Below, one piece after another: positions 9,065 through 17,385 of a stretch of 32,000 bases of DNA. Position 1 is the stretch's first letter, and each line of letters begins with the position of its first letter. The translations under genes were made by a program, and so were the position numbers. Source of the DNA: Massilicoli timonensis (GTDB lineage: Bacteria > Bacillota_I > Bacilli_A > Erysipelotrichales > Erysipelotrichaceae); the NCBI RefSeq assembly GCF_900199515.1, contig NZ_LT963434.1, positions 1,802,180 to 1,834,179 on the forward strand, in the 5' to 3' direction. The notes under the pieces are model-generated. The model saw only the letters and a program-made list of their open reading frames with translations. It did not search any database and had not been told where the DNA came from.

Positions 9065-9478
9065 ATGGAACGGGCGATCATAAAAGATCCTGTGTTTCTC
9101 GCTGTTATCAGTACAGCGGCAACGAAGGAAGATCAGGTCATCGCACAGGATCTGTTAGATACACTAACTGCCAATCAAGCGCGCTGCCTTGGACTGGCGG
9201 CTAATATGATCGGCGCTTCTAAGCGCATCATTGCGTTTTTTGATGATAAAACGCCGGTCTTGATGTATAATCCGATCATCTTAAAAACAAGCGGGAAGCG
9301 ATATGAGAGCGAGGAAGGGTGCCTTTCCTTAACAGGAGTGAGAAAAACACTGCGCTATGAGAAAATAAAAGTGCAGTATGAAGATGTGCATTGGAAAAGG
9401 CGTATCCGATCTTTTCAGGGATTAAGCGCGCAGATCATCCAGCATGAAATCGATCATTGTGATGGGGTGATCATCTAA
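9065..9478 (+). CDS. def: Short peptide-deformylase-family protein (137 aa) with a divergent motif I
   Basis: EGCLSL (motif II) and QHEIDHCDG (motif III) are present. Motif I reads CLGLAANM instead of GxGxAAxQ. ATG 9065 follows the regulator stop by 10 nt. Confidence 0.7.
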   Translation: MERAIIKDPVFLAVISTAATKEDQVIAQDLLDTLTANQARCLGLAANMIGASKRIIAFFDDKTPVLMYNPIILKTSGKRYESEEGCLSLTGVRKTLRYEKIKVQYEDVHWKRRIRSFQGLSAQIIQHEIDHCDGVII

Positions 9479-9500
9479 GAACAGGGAACTGTTCTTTTTT
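9477..9500 (+). terminator. Rho-independent terminator after the def-like gene
   Basis: AAGAACAG / CTGTTCTT stem, GGAA loop, T-run; overlaps the stop codon. Confidence 0.75.
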
Positions 9501-9552
9501 ACGGTTTTATCAGGTGATCAATTATGGAATGGCCTGCACCTTTGACGGCGCA

Positions 9553-9565
9553 AAATTGGTTTTTT
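9553..9565 (-). promoter_or_regulatory. Copy of the intergenic AAAAAACCAATTT box (minus-strand orientation)
   Basis: The plus strand reads AAATTGGTTTTTT. Its reverse complement matches 13 of 15 nt of the box at 12722-12736 and 17386-17400. Confidence 0.35.
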
Positions 9566-9924
9566 GGCAGGGAAATATAAGAAACTAACTATGTTTTACA
9601 TGCAAGCGTTCAAATGGCGGTAATACTATTTTCACGTTTTTGCGGATATGGTAATATTTAATACAATGTGAGACAAGATCATGAAAACAAATACCGACGC
9701 AGCATCGTTTCATGTGAGAAAAAAAGTTGCGTTGTGTATAAAAAGCATGGTTAAGATGTTTAGATGACACATCCATGATCATTTTCCCATAACAGGAAAA
9801 CCTTTTCCTTGTCAGAAGGAATAAAGATCAGCATGATGGGAATCGATCATCTTGAAATAGCCGAAAGTTTGTTTGTTCACGCCATCCAAGAAAAGAAAAT
9901 CAAAAACGGGAGAGAATCAGTACG

Positions 9925-11508
9925 ATGAAAAGATATTATAGAAAAATCAAATATTTTATATTATTAGATATCATTTTATATGGAGTGAGTGTTTTGTCCA
10001 CTGCATATATGTCCATATTATTGATCAGATTTATTGATCGAGGCTATCAAAGCGAATTTATAAAAATCATTTTCCTATACGCTTTCGCAATAGGAATCCA
10101 TCTGCTCACTGCTTATCTCTGTAATCTATTGCAGTGGGTATATGGGAATCGTTTTCGTTTGCTTCTATCAGAGGACTATTTTACATCGGTCATTCAGCAG
10201 CAACCGACCGATTTTTACAGTAAACCGGCACAGTATTATACTGAGTTTCATACACAGGATCTAAAGGCGATCGAAGCAGACTACCTGATGCCAATGTTGT
10301 CTATTCTAAAATGTATCATGACCTTGCTGATCAATTTTTTGGTGTTAAAAATATATATACAGGAATGGATCTTGTTTGTTGTCATGTTTTTGGCGCTGGT
10401 CAGTTTGTTGATTCCTAAGATTACCGCAAAAAGTTTAGCTAAGCGCAGAGATCAGGCGATCGAACAAATGAAGAAATTTCAGTTATACAATCAGGACTTA
10501 TTACGAGGCTATAACTGGATCAATAATAGAACAAAAGCAGCCTTTCAGAAAGAAAACCGAAAACAGATAGACGAACAATTAGAAAAAGATTTTCGCTATG
10601 GAAAGTGCAAATCTGCCGCATTGGTAATGAATGCCGGCGCTAATATGATGATTATTTTAGTTGCGATCATTTTAGTCGGTATAGAATTAAAAAACGGCAG
10701 GATGTCTTTTGGCGTAGCCAGTTCACTTATGATGAATATCGCTACATTTGTCGATCCATTTGCGGAAATCACTTATTGTATCAATGCACTTCATACGGCA
10801 AGTACGCTCAAAGACCGCTTTTTACACTTTGTAAATAACCATCAAACACCGCTCATCAAGCAAAAAGCGACAAGCGGGAATCAAATCACGATGGAACACA
10901 TTGATTATCAGATTGGAACCTATCAGCTGAAAATAGAGGAACTGATCTTTGAAAAAGGAAAAAAATATCTCATTGTCGGTGAGAATGGAGCCGGGAAATC
11001 CACTCTATTGAATCTATTAGGCAGCCAATTACTCGATTATGAGGGCAGTGTAAAGATCGATGGAATGGATATCAGAGCAGTGGACTGCACGGATTGGATC
11101 GCTTATTTAAGACAGTCCGATCACTTGTTTTTATCTGATTATGAGAATAATGTTACTTTGTTTAACAGTTATCCGTTACAGGTGAATAAACTGATTTCCA
11201 ATGACAAGATACGGCGAAATAAAAACAGAGAAGGATTAAGCGGCGGCGAACAGAAATTTGTGCTGCTGGATCGTATTTTCAATATGGATCGTGCTTTCAT
11301 TTTATTAGATGAACCATTTGCGGAATTGTCGGAAGAAGCCAAACAAGAATATTATGCGTATTTCATGCAAAAGCCAAATACGATCATCATGATCAGCCAT
11401 GATCGGGTCGATTACAGTCTATTTGATGCCGTTGTGAAAGTAAAGAAAGAAAATAATTGCGCATATGCTTATGCAACGCATCCCTTTCATCAGGATGGAA
11501 CAGTTTGA
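9925..11508 (+). CDS. Fused ABC exporter half-transporter (N-terminal 6-TM-type domain plus C-terminal ATPase)
   Basis: Walker A GENGAGKST, signature LSGGEQ, Walker B ILLDEP and H-loop ISHD in the C-terminal third. The N-terminal 300 aa are hydrophobic. Confidence 0.8.
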   Translation: MKRYYRKIKYFILLDIILYGVSVLSTAYMSILLIRFIDRGYQSEFIKIIFLYAFAIGIHLLTAYLCNLLQWVYGNRFRLLLSEDYFTSVIQQQPTDFYSKPAQYYTEFHTQDLKAIEADYLMPMLSILKCIMTLLINFLVLKIYIQEWILFVVMFLALVSLLIPKITAKSLAKRRDQAIEQMKKFQLYNQDLLRGYNWINNRTKAAFQKENRKQIDEQLEKDFRYGKCKSAALVMNAGANMMIILVAIILVGIELKNGRMSFGVASSLMMNIATFVDPFAEITYCINALHTASTLKDRFLHFVNNHQTPLIKQKATSGNQITMEHIDYQIGTYQLKIEELIFEKGKKYLIVGENGAGKSTLLNLLGSQLLDYEGSVKIDGMDIRAVDCTDWIAYLRQSDHLFLSDYENNVTLFNSYPLQVNKLISNDKIRRNKNREGLSGGEQKFVLLDRIFNMDRAFILLDEPFAELSEEAKQEYYAYFMQKPNTIIMISHDRVDYSLFDAVVKVKKENNCAYAYATHPFHQDGTV

Positions 11509-11626
11509 TCAGGGAGTGTCATCTGTTTTGTAAACGCGCTTGATTTCAAAGAAAGTCGCTGAAAACATGATCATGCACGCGTTTTGTTCTTTATGATATT
11601 TGAAAACAGCGGAAATCGAATGCCAT

Positions 11627-11665
11627 GAAAAAAGGATGAGCGTCATCGTTTTATGACACTGATCC
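11627..11665 (-). terminator. Rho-independent terminator of the lipid kinase gene (minus strand)
   Basis: On the minus strand, a GGATCAGTGTCAT / ATGACGCTCATCC stem (2 mismatches) directly after the stop codon, followed by T6. Confidence 0.6.
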
Positions 11666-12538
11666 TTATTTTATTTCATTCACTAGTCTGATCGCTTTCG
11701 GTAATACCGTTATCTCGATTCTATCATCCGGGTAAGGCTCTCCGTCCAAATTCATTCCCTGTTTTGACAGAACTTGCAGATGCTCGCATTGAAAGATCGA
11801 ACACTCCTTTAATCGCTGTGGCTTATTGCCAAGCAAGGCAGGACACTTATATAAGATACGCCATCTGGGAAAAGATCGAATCAAGCAAACATCCATTTTT
11901 CCATCATCTAATTTGGCGTCAGGAGTAAAGCAGAAACCGCCGCCGTAAAACTTCGCGTTGTTGCAGGCAAGAAATAAGGCTTTTCCTTGATATACATGCC
12001 TGCCATCGGCAATCAGTTCCACTTCATTGCATGGATAGACAAACACTCTGCGCAAGACCGTTGTCAGGTATGCCAGTTTTCGAGGAATCAGCGACCAGTT
12101 TTCATCATGTACGTGCTTGGCGATATCACTGTCCAGCGCAAAACAAGCGGCGTTGATGCAATAATGATCATTTACTTTCAGCACGTCGATCGCCTTTGCC
12201 TCTTTTGCGAGCGAGTGGCGAAAATGTGCGAGGATATCTTTTCGATCCTTCAACATTCTGGAAAAGTCATTGCCGGTACCACAGGGAATCAGCACTAATT
12301 CATGGGAAGAACCCTGCAATGCGTTGATGACCTCATGCAAAGTGCCGTCGCCTCCGCATATATAAAAGCGGCATGGATCATGGTAAGAAGCGATAATGGC
12401 GTCTGCCTCCGCACTGCCCTTGGTAAGATGAATCGCATAAGGAAGCGCACGTGCACGAAAGGTCGTTTCCATCTCTTTCAATAATTCTTTTAGATTTTTC
12501 TGCTTTGCCATCCGATTGATGATGACCACATGTTTCAT
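11666..12538 (-). CDS. Diacylglycerol-kinase-family lipid kinase (YegS/BmrU/DagK type)
   Basis: 290 aa. GGDGTLHEV and GTGNDF motifs of the DAGK catalytic domain. Confidence 0.8.
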   Translation of the reverse strand: MKHVVIINRMAKQKNLKELLKEMETTFRARALPYAIHLTKGSAEADAIIASYHDPCRFYICGGDGTLHEVINALQGSSHELVLIPCGTGNDFSRMLKDRKDILAHFRHSLAKEAKAIDVLKVNDHYCINAACFALDSDIAKHVHDENWSLIPRKLAYLTTVLRRVFVYPCNEVELIADGRHVYQGKALFLACNNAKFYGGGFCFTPDAKLDDGKMDVCLIRSFPRWRILYKCPALLGNKPQRLKECSIFQCEHLQVLSKQGMNLDGEPYPDDRIEITVLPKAIRLVNEIK

Positions 12539-12671
12539 GTAAATTCCCTTCCTTTGTTATCCTTACTCATTTTACATGATTCAAAACCGATGTGCAATGA
12601 AATGTACGGATTATCTGCTGTTTTATAGGACATCAGATACGCGAACATACGCTATGGCAAAGGAATAAGAG

Positions 12672-12682
12672 AATTGGTTTTT
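12672..12682 (-). promoter_or_regulatory. Copy of the AAAAACCAATT box oriented toward the minus-strand lipid kinase gene
   Basis: The plus strand reads AATTGGTTTTT. It is embedded in the near-palindrome AAGAGAA-TTGGTTT-TTCTCTT (12667-12687). Confidence 0.35.
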
Positions 12683-12721
12683 CTCTTGTCAAAAGTAAAG
12701 TATTTGTTCGTTTTTATAGTT

Positions 12722-12775
12722 AAAAAACCAATTTATGAAAAAGTGTTTACAAGAAACCACTTGATATGCTTAAAT
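12722..12775 (+). promoter_or_regulatory. AAAAAACCAATTTAT box plus an extended -10-like element upstream of the permease/ATPase/secreted-protein operon
   Basis: The 15-mer at 12722-12736 is identical to 17386-17400. TGcTTAAAT at 12767-12775 lies 30 nt downstream. No good -35, as expected for an activator-dependent promoter. Confidence 0.45.
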
Positions 12776-12826
12776 TAGAACAACATTACTATCATATCTT
12801 CATATAAAAAGTGTAGGTGATCGACC

Positions 12827-14890
12827 ATGAAAAAAATTATTTCCGTATTCATCGTATTTATTTCCTTTTTGGTATTTCATATCAGTTTCCAAGAGTATGG
12901 AGAGATTGAATGGCTCAATTTAGAAAATCCGACAAGCAGCATCAGTAAAGCATTAAATCAAACGTCATATCGGGTGGTTCTTACTGATGATGGCAAGGGT
13001 AATCTGCTGGAGGATATCATGGATTTTGCCGATGAGAACGATTTGATCGTGTTCGGTGGAAGAACCGATCAGCATCCGGATTTTACCGATGTTTCCAGCT
13101 ATTATGTATATACAAAAGATTGCCGGATATTTGATGGAACCTTCTTTTTGTACGATGGCAAGCAGATATGTTTTGATGACCATAACGCATACTATACGAC
13201 TAATGTGAATGATGAGCAGGCAACCGGCTATATTGAAACGGTTAATCGTGAATATCTGAAAGCATACGGCGATAAATTTGAGTTTCATTACTTTGATCGT
13301 TTTTTTGAAAAAGGAGAACAGCCGTTTCTGGCAGCGTGGTTTATCACAGCGCATCCGGAGAAATTTATCTATCAGCTCAATCACTCTAATCTGAAACAGT
13401 ATATAAGAGAAGGAGATGAAGCGAGCATTTTTCATTCCGCCGAAAAACCTGCCGCAGTCAATCAACTGATCGTACTGCTGTTGTTTGTATCATTGATCTC
13501 AATGGTATTGCTGTTTCTATGTAAAATCGTGCAGGAACGAAAAGAGATCCTGATCAGGAAAATGCAGGGGATGTCGTCAATTTCCATTTTCATGAGGAAA
13601 TATTTATGGGAATTACTTGCTTTTTTCCTTATTTATATCGTTGTACAGATCATCTGCTTTTATTTCGCTGTCGGCAAGATCACTGCCGCAACGCATGGAC
13701 TGATTGACATACTGCTTCGCTATTTCACGATTTACAGCTGTATGATACTGGTGTTGGCAGTCGTTATGATCTTGTTCATTTGGAATAGGAAAGAGATTTC
13801 TTCCATCAAGCGAAGCAATACGCAAAAGCAGATTCCGATCATCAATATGATCTTAAAAATCGTTGTGATCATACTGATCATAGAACCGTTGATCAGTTTT
13901 ACAAAAACAGGGATACGGCAAGCACAAACCGCTCTCTATATGAATGAGCAGGGGCATGTATTATCCAATTTATTGTTCATCTATGGCTTGAAAGAAAATA
14001 CCGGCAATTTAGGACCGATCATCATAAAGATGAGAGAGTATTTTAATGAAAACGGGGGCTGGTATCAGGATTGGCGAAAATATATTCCGGAGATAAAATA
14101 TCCGTATGTGGTCGTAAATCAGAATTATCTGGAAAACTATGATCTTTATACAACTGACGGCAAGAAACTGGATCTTTCAAAGTTAAAACAAGATCAATTA
14201 TTAGTTCCGGAAAAGTACCAATATCAAGATTTGAGTTACTATGGAATGGAAAACAACAAGGGGTACTATGATGGGGAAATCATCGTTTTGAAGAACGGCT
14301 ATCATATTGATAATCTTGATGTTTATAGCTCTATGAATGGCTTTCTCGGTGCAGATGATCCGATCATCTATGTGAAAACTAAAATGGATTCTGACTGTCA
14401 ATGGAATTATTCGTACATGACGATCTATTTAGACGATGAGCAAAAAAAGGAAAAATTGAATCAGTACCTGCATGAAGTCGGATTAGAGGATGAGGTACTG
14501 TTGGCGACATCGCAGCAGCACTATCAAATAATGAAAGAGAAAGTAAAAGATGATCTGATATCGGTTTTATCCTTGTTTGTTATTTATTTGGTAATCATCT
14601 GCACCTTCTTATATGAAAATATATTTATCTACTTCATTGAGAACAAGACAAAGTTTGCGGTGCGTTATCTGAATGGAAGCAGTTATTGGGAACGACATGG
14701 CGATATGATAAAACTAAATTTAGGTGCATATGCAATACCGCTTTTATACGGATATTTCCGGCTGCATATCGCATTGTTTGACATATTGGCGTTTACTGCA
14801 TTGGCGATGATAGTGGAATTAGCGGCGGCTTACGTGATCATTACGCATTTTGAAAAAAATCGTATCGTGGAAGTGCTGAAAGGAGAGTAG
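12827..14890 (+). CDS. Large integral membrane protein with two FtsX-like permease modules; architecture of the bacteriocin-associated (DUF1430/TIGR01654-type) membrane proteins
   Basis: 687 aa. N-terminal TM, about 190-aa extracytoplasmic domain, TM cluster, second extracytoplasmic domain of about 200 aa, and a C-terminal TM cluster. Paired with a MacB/LolD-type ATPase. AGGTGA RBS. Confidence 0.65.
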   Translation: MKKIISVFIVFISFLVFHISFQEYGEIEWLNLENPTSSISKALNQTSYRVVLTDDGKGNLLEDIMDFADENDLIVFGGRTDQHPDFTDVSSYYVYTKDCRIFDGTFFLYDGKQICFDDHNAYYTTNVNDEQATGYIETVNREYLKAYGDKFEFHYFDRFFEKGEQPFLAAWFITAHPEKFIYQLNHSNLKQYIREGDEASIFHSAEKPAAVNQLIVLLLFVSLISMVLLFLCKIVQERKEILIRKMQGMSSISIFMRKYLWELLAFFLIYIVVQIICFYFAVGKITAATHGLIDILLRYFTIYSCMILVLAVVMILFIWNRKEISSIKRSNTQKQIPIINMILKIVVIILIIEPLISFTKTGIRQAQTALYMNEQGHVLSNLLFIYGLKENTGNLGPIIIKMREYFNENGGWYQDWRKYIPEIKYPYVVVNQNYLENYDLYTTDGKKLDLSKLKQDQLLVPEKYQYQDLSYYGMENNKGYYDGEIIVLKNGYHIDNLDVYSSMNGFLGADDPIIYVKTKMDSDCQWNYSYMTIYLDDEQKKEKLNQYLHEVGLEDEVLLATSQQHYQIMKEKVKDDLISVLSLFVIYLVIICTFLYENIFIYFIENKTKFAVRYLNGSSYWERHGDMIKLNLGAYAIPLLYGYFRLHIALFDILAFTALAMIVELAAAYVIITHFEKNRIVEVLKGE

Positions 14891-14894
14891 AGCG

Positions 14895-15530
14895 ATGGCA
14901 AAAATAATAGAAGTGAAAAAACTGTGCAAAGCGTTTGGCGATCAGCAGGTATTCGAAGATTTTTATGCGGAAGTAGAAGAAAATGAATTTGTGGCGATTG
15001 CGGGGAAATCCGGAAGCGGGAAATCGACATTGTTGAATATGATCGGTTTGTTGGATAAACCAAGCAGCGGAGATATCATCTTATTTGGGGAAAAGAATAT
15101 CAAACCGTTTTCCATGCGCGCCGAAAAAATGTTGAAGCATCACATCGGTTATTTGTTTCAAAACTTTGCCTTAGTGGAAAATGAGAGCGTCTATTACAAC
15201 ATGATGCTGGCGATAGAAAATCAGAAGATCAAAGATAAGAAAACGAAGATTGCGGAAGCGTTAAAGGCAGTCGGTTTAGAAGGGTATGAAAATAAAAAGG
15301 TCTATAAATGTTCGGGAGGGGAACAGCAGCGGATCTCGATTGCACGGCTTTTGATCAAGCCTTGTGATCTGGTCTTGGCAGATGAACCGACGGGAAGCTT
15401 GGATCACGAAAATAAAAAAATCGTGTTTGACTTATTAAAGAACTTACAGAAGTTAGGGAAAACGATCGTGGTCGTTACACATGATGAAGAGATGATTGCG
15501 GTGGCAGATCGGACGATCATGATTTCATAG
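14895..15530 (+). CDS. ABC transporter ATP-binding protein (MacB/LolD/FtsE-like)
   Basis: Walker A GKSGSGKST, signature CSGGEQQR, Walker B LVLADEPTGSLD and H-loop VVTHD. Starts 4 nt after the permease stop. Confidence 0.9.
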   Translation: MAKIIEVKKLCKAFGDQQVFEDFYAEVEENEFVAIAGKSGSGKSTLLNMIGLLDKPSSGDIILFGEKNIKPFSMRAEKMLKHHIGYLFQNFALVENESVYYNMMLAIENQKIKDKKTKIAEALKAVGLEGYENKKVYKCSGGEQQRISIARLLIKPCDLVLADEPTGSLDHENKKIVFDLLKNLQKLGKTIVVVTHDEEMIAVADRTIMIS

Positions 15531-15595
15531 CGGGGATATGATCATATTGTTTCTGTAATATGATGATATAAATTTGGTGAAAGGAGGAAAAGAAA

Positions 15596-15928
15596 ATGAA
15601 GAAAATCACCAAAACAGTTTTATGCAGTATGGCTTTGATAGCCGCATCGGGAGCAACTGTGTTTGCGGATATGAAGAAGATTCCGGATCCGGGCAGCGTG
15701 ACCTTAAAGTATGGAAGAGCCCAGACAATGGATACGCCAAATGGATTTGGAACACAGGGAAAATGTGATGATGTGAAAGATGCGCGTGTAGCCGTGTATG
15801 TGAAAGATACATACAATAATGTAATGGCAGCCGCCACGGTAAAACCGAATGCGACCGGTAGTTGTACGTGGAATGCACCGACCGGCACCCCACATGAACA
15901 TCACGCAGGCTCGGATTTATATAAGTAA
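15596..15928 (+). CDS. Small secreted protein (110-aa precursor, about 85-aa mature, two Cys); candidate Sec-dependent bacteriocin-like product
   Basis: AAAGGAGG RBS. Signal peptide MKKITKTVLCSMALIAASGATVFA|D. Last gene of the permease/ATPase operon. No family recognisable by eye. Confidence 0.6.
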   Translation: MKKITKTVLCSMALIAASGATVFADMKKIPDPGSVTLKYGRAQTMDTPNGFGTQGKCDDVKDARVAVYVKDTYNNVMAAATVKPNATGSCTWNAPTGTPHEHHAGSDLYK

Positions 15929-15956
15929 TAAGCAGCACGCATCGTGATAGGAAATA

Positions 15957-15989
15957 GGAGAAGCGAAGGAAATACGCTTGTCCTTTTCT
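15957..15989 (+). terminator. Probable rho-independent terminator after the secreted-protein gene
   Basis: GGAGAAGCG / CGCTTGTCC stem (1 mismatch), 9-nt loop, TTTTCT. Confidence 0.45.
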
Positions 15990-16092
15990 GCTTATCATGC
16001 GTATTCAATGTGATAGAAATAATTTCAAAAGTAGTGGGAAGATAAAAGAATCTATGGTAAGATAAATACGGTTATTTTAAGAGGGCGGTATT

Positions 16093-17325
16093 ATGGGAAA
16101 TAAAATGAAGACGATGTCACAGCAGGTAAAGGAAGAAATCTATTTGTTGTTGGAAACGTATCGTAAGATCAGCGGAAAAAGCGTAAAAGAATTTACAGCA
16201 AATAATGGGAAGATCGGCTGTTCTGTTACGAGCTATCGCAGAATGGGGCATCAAGGGGTTTCTGATTATCAATATTTAGATTTATTGGACTTTCATCAAA
16301 AAACATATTGCCAAACGATTCCGTTAAACGAACAAGAGCAGCATACTGTCAGGGAGTTACATCAGGCAGTTGTTTTTTATCGTTATGATACCTGCATCGC
16401 TTTGATTGATGAATTGACTGCACAATTAAAATCCAGTCAGGATATACGGGTGTATTTACTGTGGCTGTTTTTGGAAGAGCTAAGAGAATATTTTGAAAGT
16501 ATCAACTATTTAGACGAAGAGCAGATCAGGGCATATCTTAGCATTGCGCATTTATATCCGACAGAAATAAAGGATTTGATAGAGTTTTATTGTGTTTATT
16601 CAGCACAGAAGGTATCACGCTTATTGATGCATGAGATTTATCAAAATACTGAAATAGGATATAGTAAATTTCCGCCAGTTGTTGTGCATGCAATGGCGTA
16701 CGATTTTAATTATGAAGAATTTGAACGCGGGATTATAAAAAGTGCCGGTCTGAAAAAACAGGCAATGGAGACTGACAATCATGTACTGCTGTTTGAATAT
16801 TATGACAGCATGATCACTTACTATATTCAATGTGAACCGGATAAGGTTAAAGATGCATTGATCAGTATGGAAGAACTAATAAATAAGTCTTCTTTTCCAA
16901 ATGCGAAAAAAATCCAATTTTATAACAACGCAGCACATAATTATGTGTTTTTGAATTGTTTTGATCAAGCTCTGTATTATTTTGAACGCTATCTTCATGA
17001 GGCAAGTAAATTAAAATTGTGTTTAGATGGAAATATTTATACCAATATAGTTTTTTGTAAACATATGTGTGATATGCCATATGATATAGATTTAGAAGTA
17101 TTAACAACAAACAAATTTTATAGTTTGGCAGACTATTACTTATATGAATATTTTATGGAACAGTCTTTGCTTGAAACAAGAGATAAGAAAATTCGTTTTA
17201 TCAGAAATAAAATAATCAAGCACTTTAGTAAAGATGATAACTTCACTAAATATATGGTTCGATTAGAATTGATGAGAATAATCGATCAAAGTAAAAATTT
17301 AGATTTGATCCTACAAACGATGTAA
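16093..17325 (+). CDS. Cytoplasmic HTH (XRE-like) plus long helical-repeat (TPR-like) regulator; candidate RRNPP-type peptide receptor (paralog 1)
   Basis: 410 aa with no TM or signal peptide. N-terminal YRKISGKSVKEFT...CSVTSYRRM resembles an XRE HTH. The remainder is rich in Y/L/E/F helical repeats. Collinear similarity to the 29852-31066 product. Followed by a propeptide gene. Confidence 0.65.
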   Translation: MGNKMKTMSQQVKEEIYLLLETYRKISGKSVKEFTANNGKIGCSVTSYRRMGHQGVSDYQYLDLLDFHQKTYCQTIPLNEQEQHTVRELHQAVVFYRYDTCIALIDELTAQLKSSQDIRVYLLWLFLEELREYFESINYLDEEQIRAYLSIAHLYPTEIKDLIEFYCVYSAQKVSRLLMHEIYQNTEIGYSKFPPVVVHAMAYDFNYEEFERGIIKSAGLKKQAMETDNHVLLFEYYDSMITYYIQCEPDKVKDALISMEELINKSSFPNAKKIQFYNNAAHNYVFLNCFDQALYYFERYLHEASKLKLCLDGNIYTNIVFCKHMCDMPYDIDLEVLTTNKFYSLADYYLYEYFMEQSLLETRDKKIRFIRNKIIKHFSKDDNFTKYMVRLELMRIIDQSKNLDLILQTM

Positions 17326-17385
17326 TCATTAGAAAATGTGGTTTTTGCGGAATAAAACATGAGGAAAATTCAATAAAATAAAGGC

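Noticed and set aside
9585-9782. 65-aa minus-strand ORF in the 9.5-9.9 kb intergenic region
   Set aside because: It has no recognisable RBS and no recognisable motif. Its composition is like random AT-rich sequence. It is isolated on the minus strand with no promoter or terminator signals I could find.
11509-11626. Possible terminator for the ABC exporter (AAACGCG ... CGCGTTT stem followed by TGTTCTTT)
   Set aside because: The stem is only 7 bp, the loop is about 39 nt and the T-tract is interrupted. That is too weak to annotate. The minus-strand terminator at 11627-11665 may act bidirectionally instead.
15536-15547. Perfect 12-bp palindrome ATATGATCATAT between the ATPase gene and the secreted-protein gene. 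An ATAAATTTGGT element at 15568-15578 also resembles the inverted box with one extra base.
   Set aside because: Both are short and AT-rich, so chance occurrence is plausible, and I could not define a convincing internal promoter around them. They are worth including in a motif scan but not strong enough to call.
15596-15928. Direct assignment of the 110-aa secreted protein to the lactococcin 972 family
   Set aside because: Only the genomic context (bacteriocin-associated-type permease plus ATPase) supports it. By eye, the mature sequence shows no convincing alignment to Lcn972 (EGTWQHGYGV...). It is reported only as a candidate bacteriocin-like protein.
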